Of a stretch of DNA of 64,000 nt, positions 1 through 10,879 are shown piece by piece; the first letter of the stretch is position 1, and each line of letters starts with the position of its first letter. The DNA comes from Euprymna scolopes (lineage: Eukaryota). Location of the stretch: NCBI GenBank assembly GCA_053919585.1, contig CM132786.1; one strand, 5' to 3'. A program made the position numbers and the translations under genes. The notes under the pieces were generated by a model. The model made no database searches. It was not told the DNA's origin and worked only from the letters and a program-made list of their open reading frames with translations.

Positions 1-94
1 ACAGTGAGGAAGTGCTGCCTCCAGTTCTTCGAAGAAGCACCCGGCAAAGAAGACTTCCCCATACCCCGTTTGTGATCATGAGATCAGGGGGGAG
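1..94 (+). mobile_element. 3' end of a Ty3/gypsy internal region with polypurine tract
   Basis: Encodes PVLRRSTRQRR, typical of gypsy pol C-termini. PPT AGGGGGGAG at 86-94 directly abuts TGTAG. Confidence 0.7.
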
Positions 95-439
95 TGTAGC
101 ATAATTAGTAGTAACCAAAATGAGAAATAGAGCTTACCTCGGATACGTCTTTTTTGGGTTGAGCGAAAGAGAGATTCCCAAGATGGCGTTCATGGGCTTT
201 TATTAGCGTTTACCCAATGTGATTATCGTTGAATCACGTCTGCTCTCGCGAGATTGTGCAAATATGTCGTTCCCAGCCGCTATAAAGGCAGGACACTGGA
301 AAGGAGAGGGGGCGTTCTGCACATTGTGTGTAGGTGATTCTGTCGAGTAGATTGTGCTTGTTACGACCCACGTGTCTGCGAGAAGCGAGTTTTTGTTCCG
401 TCTGTTTTTAGTTGTATTTTTTTTGTTTTGTCTACTACA
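95..439 (+). mobile_element. 3' LTR of a gypsy-type retrotransposon
   Basis: Starts TGTAGCA right after the PPT and ends TACTACA (terminal inverted TGTAG..CTACA). TATA-like CTATAAA at ~281. Confidence 0.75.
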
Positions 440-469
440 TTTTTGTTTCAATTTCAAAAGCTATTTCTC

Positions 470-2070
470 AGAAGGCACCATCGTAATCAGATTCATTGAC
501 CTTGTGTAATATTATTGTCAGCTTACCAGCGGTTGATCTCGACGAATATAAACCATAATGTTTGTCATTGAGTTAGTGTTTTTTTTTTTGCTGTAATGGT
601 TGACAAATAATTTCTCACCTTCGAATCATGCAATTACAATGCAAAGGACATTTGTTTAGGTCGGAAATAAAGAATTTTATTCCCCCTATTTGGAAAATCA
701 TTTAAACCCGATGTTTTAAAAATATTGAGATTTATGTACTATAAAGGCAAATGTTTAACATCGTTGTAACAATAAGCTAACCCTTTTCTTAAAGTGTTTA
801 TTTAGAACTAAGATCAGAATGTTGCCACGGCTAATATGGAAACATAGTGATCAGATATATAGATGTGACTCATGGTAGTTCTATTTCTGAGGGGATATTG
901 AGCAAGTAGAGAGACATGGTTTCACAGGTTGGAGTTTGATACAAAAGTTCTTAGCGAAGAGGTTTGTTCGTCGTATTCTGATATAATCACATAAGGTTCA
1001 TTCATGATAGTTGTGCTTGAGGATACATATATGTTTCGGACTATGTTTATAATGTGCCCAAACTCGTGAGGAATAAACATATGCTCGGCTATTTTAGGCT
1101 GGACAGTCTGAGCAAAATATTATCTAGCGTTTCGTGTAAAATATTAGCGGTGGTTTTTAAAAGTTCTAAAGACGGATTTTGTTCCTGAACATCTATTTCA
1201 TTGAAAGCAGATTAAATACTAAGTCCCTCATGCAATGATCCCGACAAATTCAAAGGTTTTAACAAATGGTTAAAATTGTTGTAGGGCACGTAATTGTCTA
1301 TATCGAAAGTTAGCAAACTTATTAATTCGGAATCTGTGAAAGGCACGTCGTCTTCTAACATACATCGTAGGGTTATTTATGATATAAACGTAAAGAATCT
1401 GTTCCAGTCAGCCATCAAATAGCAACACATTGTGCAATGTAGAAAGATGTCTGCTTACTTGTTACACTTTGCCTTAACTCTAATCGTGATAAGAGAGTGG
1501 TCAGAAGATCCAGCAGAGATAAAACAAACAATGATTACAGTTCAAGGCTCATTATCAAAAAAAAAATTATAGATTACTTGTAATTTGCTACTCAGCACCG
1601 GGAAGGTGGATGACTTTATTAGCACCTTTGGGTAGATCATAAGGAATGCACAAATAATAACATAATACCTTTTCATAATCTGTATTGTTTGGATTGGCTG
1701 GCGAGCCATTATGCGATATTAAAATCCCCACAGGCTGGAATGTTAGAAAGGGGCGAGTAGTCAGAATATTGCCAATAAAGATAGTGACTGAATCATTATA
1801 TGTGCGATGCAGGGAAACTATAGAAAGTTGTGCTACAAGTAAGTGCAACATATAAGCACATGCAGGGTAAGGTATATATTTCTTTGGAGATGTTTCCTGC
1901 CTCTAGGGAACTCGCTTTTAATCTAAGCACATATTATATGTCTATGACAATTTTGATAATCATTGATAGAGAGGAATGTCTAAAATACAGTGGGAGCAAA
2001 AGAAAGTTTCGAAGGGGCACACATGTTTGATATTTTATAACTGGATTTCAACATTAGGAATATTTGAATG
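470..2070 (-). pseudogene. Old degenerate copy of the CR1-group LINE (endonuclease region)
   Basis: ORF 1588-1851 SLHRTYNDSVTIF and PNNTDYEKVLCYYLCIPYDL align with TLYRSHNSGVTIF and SNKTDDEGRFCHDFSIAYDL of ORF 20767-21852. CGDFN and GSSDHS motifs are recognisable in the DNA. Confidence 0.75.
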
Positions 2071-2358
2071 TTTACTATTTCTGTTAAAAAAAAGATAACA
2101 TACAAGTAAAGGTTTACGTTTGAAATTTAAGTGGTGATTTAAATCTTTTTAACCCGATTTTGCTATTTATAGTAAGTTTAGAAATGTTTATAAGAATAGT
2201 CAGCAGGATTGTAGGTAGCCGTTCAAGGAAAACGTTCCAGAGAGATAGGGATTAAAGGTTATTTAGACATGACGAAGGAAAAGACGTAAGAGTCTCCACT
2301 TATATGGCTGTAGAAGTCCCCGATTGATCTAGAAAATCGCTTCACAAAATTGCATATA

Positions 2359-3959
2359 CACAGGCGGCAAAAAGAAAGGTTGCACTTGGATTTTTTTAAA
2401 ACCGGACAAATTTAAGCTAAATTTAATGTAACTGTTTAAACAAACTGTATCTCATTTGATTCACCTTTATTCTTCTATAATTTTACTTGCTCATATTTGA
2501 CGTTTAATTGAAATAGTTTAGTGTTCAAGTCAACTAAAAAAATGTACTTGAAATTGAGGAGGCAAAAAGAAAGTCCGCACTGTGGAAAATTGCTATTTAA
2601 ATGTAAATTTATGACATTAATGCAACACAAGTACAACAGGAACACAAGTTAATATTTAGTAGCATAGCCCTTCTGCAATTTGACAGTCTGTAATCTTTTG
2701 GGAATTCCTTTAATTAGACTTCAGCAATACTCCGGGGAAAGGGTATCACACTTTTTTAAATTTTTGTCCAAAGTTCTTACAAGTTTGAAATTTAATCAAT
2801 GCGTAGCTGTTGCTTGATGTAATGTCATACGTTTTCGATAGGATTGAGGTCTGCAGATTGTGCAGATCAATCCAAACACGGAATATCATGCTCTTCCAGG
2901 AACCTCTTGACATTGCCAGCTGTGTGAATGGGAGCATTATCCTGCATGAAGATGGGATTATCATCCAAATGCGACCAAAGTAGGACAGAAAATGCTCAGT
3001 CAACATATTAATGTACTTGGTAGAATTAATTTGACATTGCAAGCGAACAATAGGCCCTGGATCATTGATACTAATAATGACCACGTTAAAACTGAACTTC
3101 CACCACCTTGCAACGTTGAAACTAAGCATCTAGGATTAAACTCTTGGTTTTCCTCCGACGGACGTACTGCCTATTGCGTATCCTATTGAACTTGCTTTCG
3201 TTGCTAAAAAGCATTTTTGACCAATATGAAGAGTCATGATATTCATTGCATCTGACGAAGTCGTGGCGGCGCTTTCTGTTCTTTACAGAAATCATTGGCT
3301 TACATCTTTCAACATATCCTCGCAAATGAAATTTCTTAAATCTGTTCTTGACAGTAGAAAGAGGACATTTTTTTAACAAGATTGCACTGTTGTTGTATTA
3401 GGAGAGCCGTTTAGAATCTGTTTCTCAGGCTGCGGATCTTGATAGCATTGTTTTCTCAGTGAGAAGTTACTCCAGTATGACAAAATTGAGGGGCATCACG
3501 AACACTGCCGGTGTTTTGGTGCTTTTGCACAGTCTTTCGTACCGTTTTCTCATCACATTTCAATCTGCAGCCGATTTCTCGATTGGAAAAACCAGAAAGG
3601 TGGAGCTTAATGAGCTCCTGACGATCATTAAGAGTAAGTCGTGGGAGATGAAATAAATGTTACGCTGTATAATCTGGAACAACAACAATTACGATAAGAG
3701 ATGCTTTGTTGCCTGTTCATGGATTTTTTAAACTGATTCAGAGGCGATAATTTAAGCTGGATTTAAGCGAATTTGTTGCTTCGGACTTTTTTTGCCTCTT
3801 TAATTTGAAGTTATTTTTTTAAATTAACGTGGACACTAGAATATTTTAATTAAATGTCAAATATCAACAAGTAGAATTATAGAGGAATAAAAGCTGAATC
3901 AAATGAGGTATAGTTTGTTTAAACATTTACAAGTGCGGACTTTCTTTTTCCAGACACTG
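2359..3959 (-). mobile_element. Tc1-like DNA transposon with long IR/DR-type TIRs and a degenerate transposase
   Basis: ~200-bp inverted repeats at 2359-2582 and ~3780-3959, each with AAAAAGAAAG(T/G)(C/T)(C/T)GCAC-like motifs at both ends. TA flanks. Transposase remnants WSKMLFSNESKFN, YVRRRK and INSTKYINML. Confidence 0.85.
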
Positions 3960-4058
3960 TATAGCAGCCCCAGTTTTTTTCACTTGCTTATGCGAGAGCA
4001 ATCATTCGATTTTCCGAAAGATTCTGGTTCCTGTCTATTAGATGGAAAACGGAAACCC

Positions 4059-4098
<40 letters not shown>

Positions 4099-4099
4099 G

Positions 4100-4600
4100 A
4101 TATAATTATTACTATAATAAATATTTTAATACCTTAAGACACTAGTGTTTTATCCTTCACGAAGAACATTGCAGTGATTCGAATCAGACCATGCATCCAT
4201 CTCTGATTTTCTTAGCAAAGAACACGCCGCTTGGCCAACGTTAGCCGCGATAAATATAGATTAAATTAGTATTTACATGATGTGTTAATATCATTCAAGA
4301 CAGCCGCCAGTGGTCTTCTGATTTTGAACGTCAGCTTAAGCGACTCACTTATTTCATTCCAACGTAAAGTGATCGAAAGTATAAAATTATTTGTTAGAGC
4401 TATGGAGATAATAATTAATACAATGATTATTTTTAATACCTACAAACACTAGGGTTTTATCTTTTCGGGAGTTATCTGTGCAGGGTGTTACGATTATCGC
4501 CGGTTGGGTACTCTATTAGAAAAGGACAGACCGCTGGGCCAACGTTCACCGTGAGAAATATCGTTTAAATTTACATGTACATGAAGCGTAAATGTCATTG
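4100..4600 (-). mobile_element. Two tandem degenerate tRNA-derived SINE-like copies
   Basis: 4100-4290 and 4415-4600 share TTTTAATACCT..ACACTAG.GTTTTATC and CCGCT.GGCCAACGTT. Minus strand has A-box-like TGGCCAAGCGG and B-box-like GATTCGAATC. Confidence 0.5.
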
Positions 4601-4620
4601 AATACATTTTTTTAAAGCGG

Positions 4621-4664
<44 letters not shown>

Positions 4665-4708
4665 ATTGAATACAATTCTAATCAAGATCCGATAATAATC
4701 GCTATTAC

Positions 4709-4759
<51 letters not shown>

Positions 4760-5639
4760 GCACAGGAAATAAATAAAAAATAATGATATAAAACAAAAAC
4801 AATAGAGTAAGAAAAACAAACTGATATTTTAAGATTATAGCAAGTATAAAAATGATGTAGATGACCGGTTAAAATTCATATTCCACGAATACCATTCAGA
4901 GATCCAGAAATTTCATCATAGAGACAAGGTGAACGTTATAATAATAATAATGATGTAAAGATAAAATTCCCTTGAAAATAGATACAATCTCATGCCCTTT
5001 AATCTGTTATATTTTATATTGTTGGCCATTTATTCTAAATATTTTGTTTTATAAATTATACATTCTATACTCATTTAACCTGTCACTGAGTTATTTGAAG
5101 AATATATTGTACATAGCCGGTAGATTTTTTAGGTGTCTGATTTTATAGTTGGTATTACTTAGATATAAAAGTCTGTGTTCTTCAATAATCCATGACCCTA
5201 TTATGTCATGCGTGTTTGAGTCTTTGAAGTTCCTTATAAATTGCGTTCTGTATTTTTTATCTTTTACCAAAGGTTCTTATAATAAACATGCAATATATTT
5301 TAGTTATGTAAATTTTCTGATACGAAAAGATTAATCTTCAAACACAGAATTATTTATTGATTGAAAACAAAGAATACCATTTAATAAATCTATCTCCTGA
5401 ACCCAGGAGTTTGCGATGCTTATTCATCTCATCAGGGAAAAGAGATTAGCAAATGTTTTTATTGGGTTGCACTTTATTTGCTAAAGGCAATAAACATAGA
5501 AAATAAAGATATTTTTAACATAGTAGATACATAAAATAAGGAATTGGATATTGAAGCAAAAGAAAAAAAGATATTGAACTTTAAATTCAAAATGGATGCT
5601 AAATCTTGAAATGGAAAATCCTGGTAGTAATGAGATATA

Positions 5640-6355
5640 GAAATCCAACGCGAAATGTCTTCTTCCCTTCTTTTACGCAACAAGAACGAGGTGTTACTCG
5701 ACGGGGTTGTGAATTGCAACGAAAAGTGGGTTCTTTCCGCGAAACAGCAACACTCAGCGCATTGGTTAGACGCCGACCAAGCTCGACGAAACTTCCTGAA
5801 GGCAAAGTTTCACTAAGAGACATTGATGTTTACTGTTTATTGATTTGCGACGCGTCTCATCTATAACAGTGTTTGGAATGCAGGCGAAACAATTACGTCA
5901 GAGAAATACTGCCAACAAATGGATAGAATGCATCAGAAACTTCGACAACGACGCCCAGCATTAGTCTACAGAAAAGGGCCAGTTCTCAACTACGACAATG
6001 CTCGATCGCACGTAGACAAACCGAATCTGCAGAAGTTTAACGAATTGGGCTGCGAAACTCTGCCTCATCCACTATACTCTCTTAACCCTTTTCCTACCAA
6101 TTACCAATTTTTTTTCAAGAATTTCGACATTTTTCTGCGTAAGAAATGCTTCAAAAACCAAAGCGATATTAAAAAGGTCTCCAGCGACTTCATCGTTCCC
6201 AGAACGAAAGATGTAAACTTTACTTGCATAGAGTACGCTTTTTTGCGTTGGCAAATATGTGTTGATTCTGATGGTGCTTTTTGCGATCAATTTTATTTTT
6301 GAGTCGATATGTTCAAATGATTTTTAGAGTAAAAGATCTCAAGACTTTTCTCGTT
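5640..6355 (+). mobile_element. mariner (DD34D) transposase remnant
   Basis: VVNCNEKWVL (~TCDEKW), YDNARSH (~HDNARPH), HPLYSLNPFPTNYQFF (~HPPYSPDLSPTDYHFF) and RWQICVDSDG. Frameshifted. Confidence 0.9.
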
Positions 6356-6356
6356 A

Positions 6357-6387
<31 letters not shown>

Positions 6388-6405
6388 CATATATATATAT
6401 ATATA

Positions 6406-6647
6406 TATCATGTTGACACATCGGTTTCCACTGGATAACCTAAGTTAAGCAACGTTGAACCTGGTCAGTACTGGATAATTTCGGCATTGTTTCTGGTCGT
6501 CGTGGGCTTCTTCTTGCCACTTGACTCAAACAGTGCCGATTTAGAAGAGGTGTGGCTAGTTATTGCGCAATTTTTGCCTCACAATTATACACGCAACTGT
6601 TCTTACAGGAGGTATGTTTTGTCTTTCGAGACGGAACGAAGGTATCA

Positions 6648-6648
<1 letters not shown>
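6406..6648 (+). mobile_element. 5S rRNA-derived SINE (SINE3-type), copy 1
   Basis: Head CATGTTGACACATCGGTTTCC..AAGTTAAGCAACGTTGAACCTGGTCAGTACTGGA resembles 5S rRNA including box A. Non-5S body and tail TTTGTCTTTCGAGAC are shared with copies at 8358 and 53325. Confidence 0.8.
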
Positions 6649-6721
<73 letters not shown>

Positions 6722-7137
6722 AAATTTTATTTTGTGCTTCCTTTTTAAATTAAATATGTTTTAACTGTTTTTCAACGTGTTTTTCCATGTTGTATTAACT
6801 ACTTGTTATATACACACACATATATATATATCTCACACACATGCACACAGACATAAGGCCCACTTACACACACACTCATATATATATACATATATATACA
6901 GCTATACATATGCGTGTGCTTGTGTGTGTCTGTGTGTATGTGTGTGAGATATTAGTTTGCGGCAGTGTAATGTTATCATAATGTTTTGTAGTTCATGCAA
7001 TAAGATCAGAGTCTACTTAGTTTTAATTGGCAACTGTTATTTAATATATTTATTAATTTTTTGAAGTTTATTCTCTTTTTAATATGGTTTGTATACGTTT
7101 GCTGATGCAGCATAACTGCTATATATTCTATTTTAGA

Positions 7138-7440
7138 TCAAACATGAGACAAATGAACGTGCCTTTTTAATACAAAACAGGAGTAATGAACGAAAATGGC
7201 ATTGCAAACTAAAGTAGGACAGAACAACGAAAATGCTATTTCTGATGCAAAACATGCGAAGCAAAGAAAATGCTATTTCAATGAAAATAGGATTTAACAG
7301 TAAAGTTACTCTTATCTAAAGAGTGAACTACTTAGGATATTGCTATTTCACAATGTGAACTATCAATAAAACTGCTAGTTCAATCTAAAGGAGTACAAAC
7401 AAACGAAAATGCTATTCCAACCTCTATCAGGACAGTTCCT
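7138..7440 (+). repeat. Degenerate ~36-bp tandem repeat
   Basis: Core AACGAAAATGCTATT(T/C)C or variants recurs about 6-7 times. Confidence 0.6.
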
Positions 7441-8276
7441 ATTCTTACCAGTATATTGTATTGCTGGGACCTTATCAGATAATATCGCTAATAGCTCCAT
7501 AGAAAAGAATCAGTAGCTTTCTATAACTAAAGCTTAAAGCATTAAAAATACACTCCAAGCAACATAAATAAAGATATATTACAGTTTCCGCCTTTTATTT
7601 TATACATTTAAAATAGTAATTTGTGGTCGCAATTGTTGCTTATCGAAGGTTTTAAGTGGTTCTTACCTATCAGTAGTTTTGTTTCTTCAAACTTGTACGT
7701 TTCTCAGCACTTAACGTAATAGTATTATATAGAAGCGCATCCTCTTAACTTAAAATGTAAAAAGAGTTCGAGTTTTAGTTAAGGGCAATGTCAGTAGGTA
7801 AAATTCCCTGCACACTAATAAGGATATAAAGCCAAAGAAGAGAATGCCCTTGCAGTACGGTGACTAGATGATAAGTGCTTCCATTGTTATAATCACGAAT
7901 CAACCTAAACTGGATATATTGACAATGTAAATATTGCGATATATTCGATAAATAAATGAAAATAAAAGTATCACACATATCGAAACAACGTAGCGTATTG
8001 ATGAATTTACGCGGAATAATTCATGGAACCAAACGATGTATGATATTGCATGATTGATTATTCAAAGCATTTTCCTTTGTATACATGTTTTTTAACATTA
8101 TGGCTCGGAGGCCATTCGAGGATAAAGATTGATTTGTGTACGCTAGTCAATGGATCAATATTGTATTAATTGTTAGCAGTGCAAAATTTTGTAAAGTACA
8201 TTAAATATTATTATTTATTAAATATTATATATATATATATGGAGAGAGAGAGAGTCTTTCGAGACTGAGGAGAAGA

Positions 8277-8282
<6 letters not shown>

Positions 8283-8357
<75 letters not shown>
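8283..8357. repeat. (TA)n microsatellite, representative of many (e.g. 4059, 4710, 6673, 10545, 23104, 25159, 29890, 35931, 37996, 46307, 46862, 52417, 53258, 63553)
   Basis: Directly visible. Confidence 0.98.
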
Positions 8358-8360
<3 letters not shown>

Positions 8361-8585
8361 TGATTCATCTGTTCAGTCACGAAAAATAAAAATGCCTCTT
8401 GTATCGGTAGCTGGGTGTGTAAAGCTGAGACTATGATTGCGCAATCACACCTATTCTAATTGACACTGTTTGAACTCAGCGGCAAGAAGAAGCCCGTGAC
8501 GACTAGAAACAATGCCGATATAATTCAGTACTGACAAGATTCAACGTTGCTTCTCGGTGGTCCAGTGCAAACCTGTGTGTCAAAG
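8358..8585 (-). mobile_element. 5S rRNA-derived SINE, copy 2
   Basis: Reverse complement of 6406-6648 (CAGTACTGACAAGATTCAACGTTGCTT; AAGAAGCCCGTGACGACTAGAAACAATGCCGA). A tail fragment of an opposite-strand copy lies at 8255-8282 across the (TA)n. Confidence 0.8.
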
Positions 8586-8659
8586 TAAAGTACTAAAAGG
8601 GACGGCTCATCAGGCAACCGTTTACGTTGGATTTGAACAACAACCATATTGTAGTCAGT

Positions 8660-9850
8660 TTGAAAGCAAGTTAACCTGACAGATTCCTAATAGGCGTAGA
8701 GTTCAAAGAAAGATATTTGTTCATAAACTCCATGTTTAGGTTTACGCACAGATTAAGAGTGGTGGGAATTATTGATAGTGGTTTAAGATAGACGAGCATT
8801 TCTCAAGAAAGTTTGTAAGGGCGTGGTTTAGATTGAAGCTCACACAAGCATTTACCATGAAAATAAAAATAGGAAAGAGACAGAGTCGCAATGTTTCTTC
8901 TGTGGGAAAGAGATAGCAACGAAAAGAAAAAAAAACTGTATCCTACTAGTTTGCAAATTCTATTTTGAACTGTTTTATGGTAGAATAGAGCGCTTTGAGC
9001 AGCTTCTGTCTAGATATGACAACATAATTCTATCATAAAACTTCTTTGATTCTTATAAAAGTAGAAAATAGCATCAACAGTGAGATATTTATTGAAGCAG
9101 TAAAATGATCCCAACATTTTTTTCAGCGACTTTGTGATGTGAAAATAGACGTTTTGTTTTATAGGCCTTACAATTAAGCATTCATCCCATTTTACATTGT
9201 ACTACGCGACTTAGGTCAGCGGAGAGAGAGGACCAGGGAGATCTTCATAATTCTAGCTTTTAAACTGTTGCCATAGATTGTAGTGCTGTAATCATAAATT
9301 TCTACGAATTATCTCAGAAGGTGATGAAGATTGGGAAGAGAGTTGGGTATTGGATTTGGGTGAAGTCAGCATTCATATTGTGAACCTTTGATTCTGCTCA
9401 TTGACCACTACACTTGTAAATCTTTCAGAGAGAATTGATGTAATCATTGAGATGACATTTCCATTTATACCGTAACTGGTGGTTTTGTGCAGTAAACTTT
9501 TATCCAATGCCCTGTGAAATGGCAAAAGCAATTACCCTAGAAACTAAGTCCTCGTCGAGAGATTTCTTCAGTCTATGAGATATTACAGTTAGCGCATCTG
9601 CTGTAGATTTATCAGAAAGACATCATATTGCATGCTATTGAGCAATTTATATTTGTAGAGGGGTTGACCACTTCTTCCATTTCACACAGATTCTAGCAAC
9701 TTATTCATAACGCACAGGAGTCCGATTTGTCTGTACTGACAAATAGATGACTGATCACTTGCACTTTTAAATATGGGACATACTGCTGAGGCATACGACG
9801 TTGTTGGGAAAAATTTCCCATTAAAGCAGCGTTTAAATAGCTTTGAGGCA
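8660..9850 (-). pseudogene. Degenerate copy of the CR1-group LINE (RT and C-terminal region)
   Basis: Colinear with 19060-20360, e.g. GAGTGG..GGAATTATTGATAG, GCAATT.CCCTAG and CATCTGCTGTAGAT. Confidence 0.85.
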
Positions 9851-10540
9851 CATTAGGTTGAAGCTATAGAAACTAGTAAAGACAAAATGGCAGGAGATTC
9901 CGAGCGAATGCAGCTGAAGCATTAGTTAAACTGTAATAAAGTGCCTTCATATTACTATATGAATCAGGATTGAAGTGTAGAATGTAATCTATTTAAGCGC
10001 GTACAAAACAATTCAACCAGTATTAAACTGTCAAAGCATATGTTTTTGTCTGGGCGCTACGCAGAAAATGCTTTAATTCGTCGTTATTGGACCGTTACGA
10101 ATATGACAAAAACACACACACAATAGAATACGCCAACACACTTACTGAGAGTATACATACCTCAAAAGACATGCATTGGTGTCTACAGATGCGTCCAACG
10201 TCTATGACAATGCATTTTATACATACATTTTTAGGACTGCATATATTTTATATGACCCTAATGTTTACGGATGTATATAGCATACGCGTATTTGTAGACA
10301 CCTTTAAAGGGACACGGTGGTCGAGGTACACACCCATATGTAACAAGAGTAAATAACAGGAAATTCTTACATGTAGCATTTGAAAATTGATAATTTCTTA
10401 CATCCATATATTAAAAAAAGAAATAATGAAACACTAAAAATCAAGGCATATGATTAATACCGATCTTTATAAGCAGTTTTTTTACTATCTCAACAGTTTT
10501 TATATGCAAAAAATCTCTAACAGAATTTGAATACGTATAG

Positions 10541-10589
<49 letters not shown>

Positions 10590-10830
10590 GAGCAAACAGT
10601 CAATAAAACATGTAAAAACACACTTTGAAAAAGGGTTAAAACATATTTAATCTGAAAAGGAAACACTTGATAAGTGGACAGTCCTTAATCCGCGGAGTTT
10701 CGAAAGAAATACTTTCCTTCTCATCAGAGGCTAGGAATTAGCAAAATGCCTGATCGGATTTTGCATATAAAACAACAAGTAAGTCAAAGATCTTACTTGA
10801 TAACAAAAATGTGAAGCAGAGGGAATATGG
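10590..10830 (-). mobile_element. Penelope-like terminal repeat fragment with degenerate hammerhead
   Basis: Minus strand CTGATGA-GAAGGAAA GTA TTTCTTTC-GAAAC TCCGCGGA. Homologous to 63765-64000 and 5390-5475. Confidence 0.6.
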
Positions 10831-10879
10831 TGAATATGGTTATTTTATATATATATATATATATATATTCCTATTACTA

